Assembly (NCBI GenBank): GCA_965248925.1
Contig: CBDFLE010000005.1
Coordinates: 2,208,001-2,272,000 of the forward strand
Direction: 5' to 3'
Origin: Candidatus Multivoradales bacterium
Lineage (GTDB): Bacteria > Acidobacteriota > Thermoanaerobaculia > Multivoradales > J023
Length of the DNA: 64,000 nt
Below, piece after piece: positions 1 through 12,000 of this stretch. Numbering within the stretch: position 1 is the stretch's first letter; each line of letters begins with the position of its first letter. Made by a program: the position numbers and the translations under genes. The notes under the pieces were generated by a model. It saw only the letters and a program-made list of their open reading frames with translations, was not told the DNA's origin and made no database searches.

Positions 1-3000
1 CGCCTGGTGGGCCGCTCGAACGGCCCGTGGATCGGCGGCCTCGCCGCCATAGATCAAGGTCTGCAAACCGCGGAAGGCCGCTGGCCGGTCGCGGATCAGC
101 AGATTGAACACCGAGGTGGTGAGGAACATGTGATCGATCCGCAAGCGGGCCAGCGAATCGGCCAGCCGCTGTGGCGAGACCAGCACCTGCGAGTCGATGC
201 CGACCAGCTGGCCGCCGTTCAGCAGCGGCATCCAGAACTCGAGGGTGGCGGCGTCGAACGATGCGGTCGAGGCTTGGGCCGTGCGTTCGCCCGCCCGCGG
301 GTCGACATAATCGGTGTTGCGCACCAGCCGCAGGATCGCCAGATGGGGTATCGCGACCCCTTTCGGCTGACCGGTCGAACCGGAGGTGAACATGATGTAG
401 GCCAGCTGCGCCGGCTGCACCTCGGCGGAGCGATCGACAGCCTCTCCTGCTTCGATCTCCGGCCAATCGCGGTCGAGACACAAAACCTCAATCGCCGCGG
501 TCGGCAAGCGTTCGAGCAAGTCCTCGGAGGTCACCAGCACCGACACGCCAACGTCGCTCATCATCAATCGCAGGCGCTCTGCCGGATAACCTGGATCGAG
601 CGGCACGTAGGCGGCACCGGCCTTGAGCACCCCGACCATGGCGACCAGCAGCTCCAGCGAACGCTCGATCGACAGCCCGACCCGGCTTTCTAGGCCAACT
701 CCGCGGCGCTGCAAGGCGCCGGCCACCAAGGACGCTCGCCGGTCTAGTTCGGCGAAGCTCAAGGAGGCGTCGCCATAGCTGGCAACGATCGCCTGCGGCT
801 GCCGGGCACTGTGCTGAGCGAGCAACTGGCTGATCGAAAGATCCCGCTCGATCCACGACCGGGTGTCGTTATGCTCGACCAGCAGCTGGTGCCGTTCCGC
901 CGCCGCGAGTAGATCGATCGCCGCCAGAGTCTGGGTGGGTCGCTGCACCACCTGGCCAAGCAGATTCTCGAAATGGCCCAAGAAGCGTGCTGCCGTCGAG
1001 CGGTCGAAGATCTCTCGATCATATTCGAGTAGGCAGCTGAAATGACCACCGACCTCCGCCACCTGCAACGACCATTCAAACTTTGCCAGGCCGCTGCTGA
1101 CCGTGTCCAAGCCGCCGGGGTTGGTCGCGGCGCCATCGTCGGCTGGCGCCTCGGCATTTGCCGCCGCGGCGCTGTAGGTGAACATCGCTTGAAAGAGAGG
1201 CGTCCGGCCCAGGGCGCGCTCCGGCCGCAGCTCTTGCACTAACAGGTCAAACGGCAAGTCCTGGTGCTGGTGGGCCTGCAACACTTCGGCCCGAAGGCGC
1301 AGAAAGAGCTCCTCGAAGGTGTCGCCTGGCGCCCACTGGGCGCGCATCACCAAGGTGTTGACGAAAAGGCCGATCAGGTGGTGAAGCTCATGGCGATGAC
1401 GCCCACTGATTGGTGTTCCCACGCTGAAATCGAGCATGCCGGTGTAGCGACCGAGTAGGAGCTGGAAGACGGCCAAGGTCAGAATGAACGGCGTGGCGCG
1501 ATTCTGATGGGCAAACGCGAGGACATCTGTGGTCACCGCTGCCGATATTTGCCGGGTGCAGGCCGCCGACCGAGACCGCATAAGACCACCGCGAGGTCGG
1601 TCGGCTGGCAGCTCGAGAAACTCCGCCGCGCCATCAAGGCGCTGCCGCCAATAGTCGATCTCCGACTCCAGTAAGTCGCCCGACAACCACTGCTGTTGCC
1701 AAGCCGCGTAGTCACCATAGTGAATCGGCAGCTCGACCCAACGCGGCGCCCGACCGCTCACCGCGCCGCGATAGAACTCTGTCAGCTCCTGCTGTAGCAA
1801 GCCCAGCGACCAGCCGTCGGACACAATGTGATGCATGCTCACCAACAGCCGGTAACCCGACCCGCCAAGGCTGAGTAGAGTCCACCGCAGCAACCCCCCA
1901 GCCTGCAGATCGAAAGGCCGCCGAGCCAGCTCAGAGGCCCAGCGACCCGCTTGCAGCTGACCATCCCGCGGCTCGAGACCGGCCAGGTCTACCAGGGGTA
2001 CAGCGTAGGCGGCCGGCAGTGGCTCGATCTCCACCGAGGGCTCGTCGGCGACTTCCGGAAAACGACTGCGAAGCACCTCGTGACGCCGCAGAACCTGGTG
2101 CCAGGCCCAGCCCAGCGCAGGCCGATCAACCGCTTCTCCCAGATCGACCGCATAAGCCATGTTGTAGGTCGGGCTGCCCGGATCCAGCCGGTCGAGAAGC
2201 CACAAGCGACGCTGAGCGAAGGACAGCGTCCGCCGCTGATCAGCTGCCATCAACACCAGCGGCGGCAAGGCCCAGGCCGGTTCTCCCGTCGAGCCCTGGC
2301 GCAGCACTTCGGCCAGGCTGGCGACTGTCGCGTGCTCGAAGAACGAGGCCAACGGTAGATCCTGTTCGAACCGCTGCTGGATCTGAGCTTGTAGCCGCAC
2401 CGCCACCAACGAATGACCGCCCAGCTCGAAGAAACTCTGGTGGATGCCAACCGCCGACCGGCCAAGCAGCTTCTGGTAGATCTCCACCACCTCCATCTCG
2501 ACCGCATCCCGGGGCGAGCTCATCAACTCGGCCGCGACCGGCTCGCCGACATCCGGCAACGCCTGGCGATCGAGCTTGCCGTTGGCAAGCAATGGTAATT
2601 CGCTCAGAACAGCGATCCCGGTGGGCACCATGTAAGGCGGCAGATGTTGCTCCAGAACGTCAAGCAAGCTGCTGCGGAGATCACCTGCGGAGCCACTCGA
2701 GGGGAGGGCCGGGCTAGGCACGACATAGGCGAATATCCGGTTGCCGAGGGTGTCGTGGCGACGCACCACGGCGACCGCCCGAGCCACTCCCGGCGCCCCT
2801 TTCAGCAAGCATTCGATCTCCCCTAATTCGATGCGAAAACCGCGCACTTTGACCTGGTGATCGATGCGTCGCAGGTAATCGATCACCCCATCGGTGCGTG
2901 AGCTCACCAAATCACCGGTGCGGTAAAGCCGTTCTCCGGCCACCCGCGCCCAAGGATTCGGCACGAAGCTGGTGGCGGTCCTGGCGGCCAGTCCGCCATA

Positions 3001-6000
3001 GCCGCGGGCCAGGCCAACCCCGGCCAAGCACAGCTCGCCGACCACCCCCAGCGGCACTGGCCACAGCTCACCATCCACCAGATGAGTGCGCAGGTTGGCG
3101 ATCGGCCGACCGATCGGCACCCCAGCCTCAACATCCTCCGCGGTGCAAGTCCAGGCGGTCACCTCGATCGAGGCTTCAGTGGGTCCGTATAGATTGTGCA
3201 AGGGCACCGATCCCAGGCGGCGGCGATAGCTGCTCAGCAGCTCTGCCGACAACGCCTCACCGCTGGCCAGCACCCCCCGCAGGCTGGCGCAATGTCTCTC
3301 GATATCGGCGCTGGCCAGGAAAGCGCTCATCATCGACGGCACGAAGTGCACATGGGTGATCCGCCAGCGGGCCAAGGTCCGCTTCAAATACTCCGCATCA
3401 CCGTGCGCTTCAGGCCGCGCCAGATAGAGGGTGGCACCGGCGATCAGCGGCCAGAACAGCTCGTTGACCGACACATCGAAAGTCACCGGCGTCTTCTGCA
3501 ACCAGCGATCCGCTGCCACGAGGGGCATCGTCGTCTGCCCCCAGAGCAGCCGGTTGACCACTCCGCGATGAGAATTCATCACCCCCTTCGGCCGGCCGGT
3601 CGAGCCCGAGGTGTAGATCACGTAGGCCAGCTGGTCGGGGTCAGGACGCTGGAGGGCCGGCACCCGGAGCGCCGCCGACGGCGAAGCGGCGCTGTCGAGC
3701 AAGACCAGCTGGCGTTCGCTCGCCCAGCGCGAGGCCCACTTGGATTGGCTCAGCACCACGTCCACGTCGCTATCGTCAAGCATGAACTCCAACCGCTCTT
3801 GCGGATCGCCGGGATCGAGGGGCAAATAGGCAGCTCCGGCCTTCCAGATCGCCAACAGTCCAACCACCAGCTCGACCGAGCGCTCAGCGCAGATTCCCAC
3901 CCGGGTCTCCCGCCCCACACCGAGGTCACGTAGCCGCTGGGCCAGCGATTCACTGCACCGCTCGAGCTCGCCGTAGCTCAGCGCCGCCCGTTCTGAAACC
4001 AGCGCCAAGGCATCCGGATTCGCTACCGCCCGACTGCTGATCAGCTCATGAACACAGCCCTCGGCGGCCTCGAAGACGACCTCAGTATCGAGCTGCTCGA
4101 TCAACACCTGATGCCGCTCCGCCGGTCGCCAGAGAGCCAGTTCGGCGAGCGCCCGGGTGGGATCAGCAAGAGAGTTGGTGAGCAACTCACGGTAGTACGT
4201 CAGCCACCGCTGGGCAGTGACGTCGTCATAAAGGTCGGTGTTGTACTCCAGCTCACAACCCAGCTGGGTGCCATGTTCGGCCGCCGCGAAGGTCAGATCG
4301 AATTTGGCGGTGGCCGCCACCGCGCCGTCGCTCCCCTGCACCTCCAGACCGTCCGCTGGCGGCTCAGCAAGCTGCCGAGCGGCATCCACGGCACTGCGGA
4401 CCCGGGCCTCGGCCGAGAAGTTCATCAACACCTGAAATAACGGCGGGAAGGCCAGGCTGCGATTCGGTTGTAGCTCTTCAACCAACCGCTCGAAGGGCAG
4501 GTCCTGATGATCTTGAGCTTCGACCAGCAGCTCTCGCACCTGGGCGACGATGGCCGCGAAGCAGTCATTCGGCGCACACTGCACGCGGGCCACCACGACA
4601 TTGACGAACAGTCCGATCAAATCCTCCACCTGGCGGTGACGGCGACCGGCAACCGGCAGCCCGACCACCACGTCGCGCTGTCCGCTCAAGCGACTGAGCA
4701 GCATCGCCAGGACGCTGAGGGCAACCGTGAAGGTGGTCACTCGACTGCGCTGGGCGAAGCTCTTCAGCCGGTCGAAACTGGTGGCAGAGAGAGACGAAGC
4801 GATGCCCGCGCCGCGGAACGTCTGCACCGCAGGGCGCCGCCTGTCGGTCGGTAGCTCGAGCCGTTCCGGCGCCCCCGCTAGACGCTGGCGCCAGTAACTC
4901 AACAGCCGCTCCAAGCGCTCTCCACTGAGCCAGCGGCGCTGCCAGGAGGCGAAATCCGAATACTGCAAGCGAGGTTCTTCGAGCACTGGCGGATCGCCGG
5001 CGGCAAAGGACTGGTAGAGTTCCTCCAACTCGCGTTCCAACACCGACATCGACCAACCGTCAGAGAGGATGTGGTGCAAGGTGATCAGCAAACGGTGGCG
5101 CTGCTGGTCGATCCGCAGCACCTGCCAGCGACTGGTCGGGCCGCGTTCGAGGTCGAGAGCAGCGCTGGCTTGCTGAGCGGCGATACGGTCGGCCTGGCGG
5201 TCGCCGGCCGGCGACCGTAGGCGGCTGAGATCGATGCAGGTCAAGCCGACTGCCGAAGGTGGGTCGACGCAAACGCTGGGCCGCCCCTGGGAAGTGATGG
5301 GAAAGCGCGAGCGCAGCACCTGGTGGCGCCGCAGGAGTTCATACACCGCCCGGCGCAAGGCGCCCAGGGCGAGGCCTCCTTCGAGCCCGACGGAGTACGG
5401 CATGTTGTAGGCCGGGCTGTCCGGCTCCATCAAATGGAGGAACCACAGCCGCTCCTGGGCATAGGATAGCTGCGCCGGTTGGCTTTGCCCTCGAGCGGCG
5501 GCCAGAGAGCCGATCAGCGGCTCGAGCTGCAACTCCCATCCATCTTCCTCAGCCACCCCTCTGGACTCCAGAGTCGCCGCCAATCCAGCGATCGTCGGAT
5601 GTTCGAAGAGACTCGCCAGCGGCACCGCTCGACCGAGTTCCTGCTCGACTCGATTGAGCAGCCGAACCGCCACCAACGAGTGTCCGCCGAGCTCGAAGAA
5701 GTTCTCTCCGATAGCGACCGTCGGACGCTCCAACACCTCGCTCCAGATCTCCGACAAGACCTGCTCCAGAGCCGTGCGGGGGGCTTCCAAGCGAGCGTTC
5801 TCGAGCGGCTCCAGGGCGAGCAGAGCGCGACGGTTGAGCTTGCCGTTGGCGGTCAGTGGCAGCTCGTCGAGCAGTCGGTAAGCAGTCGGTAGCATGTAGA
5901 CCGGCAGAGCCACCTCAAGAGCTCCGCGCAGGCTGTCCAGGGTGCTGCGTTGATCATTCTCCGACGGCCTCTGGGCCAGCGGCTCAGCCGGCACCACAAA

Positions 6001-9000
6001 GGCCAGCAAACGCGGCGTGGAGCCCTCCTCTACCGCAGCCAGGACAACCGCCGACCGTACTGCGGCCAAACTCTCGAGAGTGCGCTCGATCTCCCCCAGC
6101 TCGACCCGGAAACCGCGAATCTTGAGCTGCTGATCGATCCGCCCGAGAATCTCGATTTCACCTGCGGCCGAATGGCGGGTCAAGTCACCGCTGCGATAGA
6201 GGCGACCACCGGGGTGGGCGGCGAACGGATCGGGGACGAAGCGCGCAGCGGTCAGAGCCGGCGAACCGCCATACCCCCGGGCCAGTAGCCCTCCCGCCAA
6301 CGCCAGCTCACCAGCGATCCCCGGAGCCACCGGCCGCAGCCAGCGATCCAGCACATAGGCCCGGCAACCGGGGAGCGGCCGCCCGATCGGCACCGCAGCG
6401 CTACCACCCCCGCGCGGTGACTGGCTGGTCAACACCCCGACGGTGGTCTCGCTGGGGCCGTAGTGATTGATCAGCAGGCACTCGGGAGCGAGCCGTTCGA
6501 GTTCGGCCCACAACTCCCAGGTCGAGGCTTCGCCGCCGAGGATAAGGCGCCGACGGGGCAGCGCATCCGCCGGCCTGTCGCCCTTCAGCAACTCGGCGAG
6601 GTGGGTCGGAACGATCTTCAAACAATCGATCGGATGGCGCTGGAAGTAGCTCTCAAAAGCCGCCGCGTCGGTCACCGTCTGATACGGCAAAACGTGCAGC
6701 ACAGCGCCGTTGACCAGGGCTGGGAAGAGCATGGTATTGCCCAGATCAGCGCCGAAAGTCGAGACCATCGCATACGAACGGCAGTGGCGCAGCTGCAGCC
6801 GCTCGATCACCGCCCAGCAGTAGCCCATCAGCTGGGCGTGGCCCACCTGCACCCCTTTCGGCAGACCACTGGAGCCGGAAGTGAAGATCACATAGGCCAG
6901 AGCGTCACCACCGAGTTCGCCGACCGGTTCGAGCACGCCGCCATCGAAATCCTCGAATTCCTGCCAGCAGGCATCGATCACCACCGCCGCCCGGCGCACC
7001 CCCGGCGGTAAGCCATCGACCAGCTCGGCGGCGGATAGAAGCAGTGGATTTGCCGCCTCGTCGAGGATCGCCGCGACCCGAGCGAGGGGCTGGCGGGGAT
7101 CGATCGGCAGGTAAGCGCCGCCGGCCTTGAGCACCGCCAGAAGAGCGACCACCATGCTGCTCGAACGCTCGAGCCACAGCGCCACCGGCACTTCCGGTCC
7201 AACCCCGCGGCGGCGCAGGAAGCGGGCCAATTGGTTGGCTCGGCGATCGAACTCGCCATAGCTCAGCTGGGTGTCGGCGGCCACCACCGCGATCGCCTGC
7301 GGCCGCTCAGCGGCATGGGCCTCCACCCACTGGTGGAGCTGGCGCGACGGCTGGACGCTGCCGGTGTCGTTCCATTCCTCGAGCAGCGTGTGGCGTTCGC
7401 CGCGACTCAGCAGGTCGACTTCCACCGGCAGCAGCGCCGGGTCGGAGATCAGCGCCCGCAGCAGACGTTCGAAGCGCGCCAACCACCCCTCAACCGTCTC
7501 AGCGCTGAACAGGTCACGGTCATATTCCAGCTCACACTGCCAGCTCGGGCCGCTGTTGACCGTCATTTTCAAGTCGAACTTGGCCCACCCGGTCGCCACC
7601 CCATAGGCATCGGCGGCATAGTTGCCAGGCTCCCCGGCCGCATTCGCGGCAGCCTCTCCGAGCGCTCCGAAGTTCGCCTCGTGGAACGAAAAGAGGGTTT
7701 GAAACAACGGCGTGTAGGAACGGTCACGCTCCGGTCGCAACTCCTCGACCAGCTTGTCGAAAGGCAAGTCTTGGTGCAAATGGGCATCGAGGGTGTGCTC
7801 GCGAACCATCCGGATGAGCGACCGGAAGGCCCGCTCACCGACTCCCCTGCTGCGGATCACCAGGGTATTGACGAAGAAACCGATCAAAGGCTCGAGCTGA
7901 CGATGGTGGCGGCCGGCGATCGGCGTCCCCACTGACAGATCAGCCTGACCGGTCAAGCGGGCCAGCAGAGCTTTGTAGGCCGCCAACATGACCATGAACG
8001 GCGTCGCGCCCTCGGTCCGCGCCAACTCTTCGATAGCCTCGACCAGCGTGGCTTCAAGCTCCAGCCGGGCGTAGCCGGCACGGTGGCCCTGGACCTTGGG
8101 GCGCGGCCAATCGAGGGGTAGTCGCAGCATCTTGGGCGCCTCGGCCAGGCGCTCTTGCCAGTAGGCGATTTCCGCCTCCAGCACCTCCCCCGCCAGCCAG
8201 CCTCGCTGCCAACCGGCGTAGTCGCCGTACTGCAACTCAAGCGCTTCGAGGGGCGAAGGGAGGCCGGCGGCGAAGGCCCGGTAGAGCGCCGACAGCTCAG
8301 CCCGCAAGATGTCGAGAGACCAACCGTCGGAGACGATGTGGTGCATTGCCACCAACAGCAAATGCTGCCGCGGAGTGAAGCGCAGCAAGCTCTGGTAGAG
8401 CATCGGACCGCGGCTCAGATCAAAGACCTTGAGCCGATGAGCGGCGGCCAGGCAGTCACCTATCGCCGTTCGATCGGCGGCTTCCAGATGGCTCAGATCG
8501 ATCAGCGGTAGGACCGCCACCGGCCCCTCGTCCAGCACTTGCTCGAGGGCATCCTGACCCATTTCTAAGCGACCCCGCAGCACCTCATGGCGACTCACCA
8601 CCGCGGCAAAAGCGCGCCCCATGGCGGCGGGATCGATGGCTCCTTCGAGGCGGACCTCGAACGGTATGGTGTAGAGAGGGCTTGCCGGAGCCAGTTGATC
8701 GAGCAACCACATCCGTTCCTGAGCGAACGAAGCGCGGCGGCGAACAGCGGGCGGCAGAGCCACCATCGGCGGTCGTTCGGCCTGCTGGCCAGCGCCCCGA
8801 GCCTGCTTCACTCCGGCCGCCAGTTGCCGGATGGTCGGCGACTCAAAGAGCACCCGCAGCGGCAGCTCGACCGCACAGGTCTCCCGCAACCGAGACATCA
8901 GCTGGGTGGCCATCAGCGAGTGACCACCGAGGGCAAAAAAGTCGTCTTCCACGCCAACCTCGGCGAGGCCCAGAACTTCCTTCCACAGGCCGACCAACAG

Positions 9001-12000
9001 CTCCTCTACCGCGGTCCGCGGCGGACTAGCTTCGCCACCGCGCAGCGCCACTTCTTCGAGCTGCCGACGCCGTAGCGCCGCGGTGTCGATCTTGCCGTTG
9101 GGGTTGAGCGGCAACTCCGGCAGCAGAACGTAACTCGCCGGCTGCATATAGGGTGGCAACTGCCGCGCCACAGCGCTGCTCAAGCTACGTTCGAGGCGGT
9201 CGTTGCGCGCTGCCTCCACATCGCCACCGGGAACTACGAACGCCACCAACTGGCGATCGGCCTGCTCACCCACCGGTAGCACAAAGGCCGCCGCCACCCC
9301 TTCCTCGGCCTCCAGCACGACGGCAATCTCGCTCGGCTCGATGCGGAAACCACGAATCTTGACTTGCTGATCGATCCGGCCCAAGAATTCCAGCTCGCCG
9401 CCGTGTTGCCGGCGCAGCCAATCGCCGCTACGGTAGAGCCGCTGCCCGGGCAGGTCGGTAAAGAGGGCCGGAACGAAGCACTCGGCGGTCAACGCGGGTC
9501 GGTTCCAATAGCCCCGCGCCAACCCCTGGCCGCCGATCCACAGCTCGCCGCCGACCCCCAGCGGCGCGACCTGCCCGCCGGCCCCGACCAAGTGCAGCGA
9601 GGTGTTGGCGATCGGCAGGCCGATCGGCACGGTCCTGGAACCCTCCTGCGGTAGCTCGGACACCACCTGCCAGGAAGCGAAAGTAGTGCATTCGGTAGGG
9701 CCGTAGACGTGCAACAAACGCAAGCTCGGCGAGGCCGCCAGCACCGTGCCCACCGACCGCGGATCGCAAGCTTCGCCGCCGAAGAGGACAGTCCGCAAGG
9801 TGGCGAGAGCCGCCGGTTGCAGCCGCGCCACCAGATTGAACACCGAGGTGGTGAGGAAGGCATGGTCGACCCGCTGCCGGCGCAGAACTCGCGCCAGACG
9901 ATCCGGCGCCAGCAGCTCCGACTGCTCGATTCCGACCACCTGCCCGCCCCCCAACAACGGCCCCCAAAGCTCGAAAGTGGCGGCGTCAAAGGAGGCGGTC
10001 GAAGCCTGGGCAACGCGCTCGCCGGAGCCCACCCGCAGGTAGTCGGTATTCAACAATAGGCGCAGAATGCCGGCCTGCGGCACCGCCACTCCCTTCGGCC
10101 GGCCGGTCGAGCCCGAGGTGTAGACGATGTAGGCTAGGCTCGCAGGTGGCGCCGCAACACCAGTCTCGATCGCCGAACCGGCCTCGATCGCCGACCAATC
10201 ACGGTCGAGGCAGAGCACCGTGACGCCAGCAGCCGGCAACCGCGTGGCCCCAGCCTGCTCGGTGACCAACACGCTCAAATCGGCGTCTTCGATCATCCAG
10301 CGCAGGCGCTCCTCGGGATAGGACGGATCGAGGGGCACGTAGGCGGCACCGGCTTGGACGATGCCGAGCATACCGACCAGCAGATCGGGCGAGCGCTCGA
10401 CACTGAGCCCAACCCGATCCTCGCGGCCGACCCCGAGTCCCGCCAGGCTGCCGGCCAGCAAGGCGGCACGGCGGCGCAGCTCGCCGTAGCTCAGCCACCG
10501 CTCGCCGTAACTCACCGCCGCCGCATCGGGCCGCGACCGAACTTGCTCCAGGAAGCAGCCGGCCAGGGTCAGTGGCGGCAAGGTGGCGGCCGCGTCGTTG
10601 AACTCCAGCAACAGCTGATGGCGCTCGGCGGCGGCGAGCAGCGGAACCGCGGAGAGTTTCAACGCCGGCACCTCGCTCCAAGCCTCGACCAGACCGCCGA
10701 ACTGCCGCAGCAGCCGCTGTATCGATACTCGGTCGAACAACTGCCGATCAAATTGCGCGCCCACCACGGCCCCGTCAGCGGTGACGGTCAAGGTCATCGA
10801 GAGGTCGAATTTAGTGGTCGCTTCAGCGCGGCTCCAGGGCTCGACTTCGATCCCCGGTACGGCGCCAGCGCGCTGCTCTTCCGGCCCCTGATCGTCGAAG
10901 CTGAAAGTGGTTTGGAACAGCGGCGTCAACGATAAATCCCGCCGCGGTTCGAGCTCCTCGACGAGGCGTTCGAAGGGCACCTCCCGGTGGGCGTAGGCTT
11001 CCAGCGCCAGCGATCGGGTGCTCTCCAGATGGCTAGCGAGGTTGGGGTCTGAGCCCAGCTCGGCGCGCAGCACCAGGGTGTTGACGAAGAAGCCGATCAA
11101 GCCCTCGGTCTCGGGCTGGTCGCGACCCGCCACCGGCGTGCCGACCACCACATCGCGCTGGCCGCAAATGCGCGCCAGCAGTCCTTGGTAAAGGCCCATG
11201 AAAGCCATGAAGTCGGTGGCGCCAACTCTCCGGGCGTGCTCGCGAAAGCGGAGGATCGAAGCCTCTGGCAGCCGCAACTCGCAGCCACCGGCCGGATAGC
11301 GGCGGCGCATCGGGCGCGGCCGATCAAGCGGGAGTTCAAGCCGCGCCACGCCGGCCAGTCGCCGCCGCCAGTAGTCCACTTGACGCTCGAGCAGCTCACC
11401 GCTCAGCCACTGCCGCTGCCAGATCGAGTAGTCGGCGTAGTGCACCGTCAGCGGCGCCAAGGGCGCCGGCCGGCCGGTGCTGGCGGCGGCGTAGAGGGCG
11501 GTCAGCTCGCGCCACAAGATATCGATCGACCAGCCGTCGGAGACGATGTGGTGCATGACCACCGCCCAGAGATGGTCGCCATCTCCGAGGCGGACCAGCA
11601 AGGCGCGGATCAGCGGCCCGTGGGCGAGGTCGAAGGGCCGCCGGACCACATCGGCAAGGCAGACCTCGGCCGCCGAGTTCGCCACCTCGCGCTCGAGGGC
11701 CGAGAGATCGACCACAGCACCGCCAGCGGCGGTCGGCGGCAGAATTTGTTGCACCGGCGACGGTCCGTCGCTACGGAACACGGTGCGCAGGCTTTCGTGC
11801 CGCTCGATCGCCGCCGCCAGCGCCGATCGCAATGCCGCGACGTCGAGCTTTCCCCGCAACCTTACCGCCAGCGGCATGTTGTAGGCGGTGCTGTCCGGAT
11901 CGAGCTGGTCGATCAACCACAGTCGCTGCTGAGCGAAAGACAGCGGCACCTGGTCGCCGCGTTCGAGCGCCAGCAAAGGTGGCCGCGCCAGGCTGTCGCC

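Noticed and set aside
5870-5891. 11-bp tandem duplication agcagtcggta x2, a possible frameshift
   Set aside because: The translation YMLPTAYRLLDELPLTANGK keeps the normal A9-A10 spacing and frame, so it is coincidental.
10165-10194. Repeated ctcgatcgccga at 18-bp spacing
   Set aside because: Small in-frame duplication (SAIEAGSAIE) in a variable A-domain loop, with no sign of separate function.
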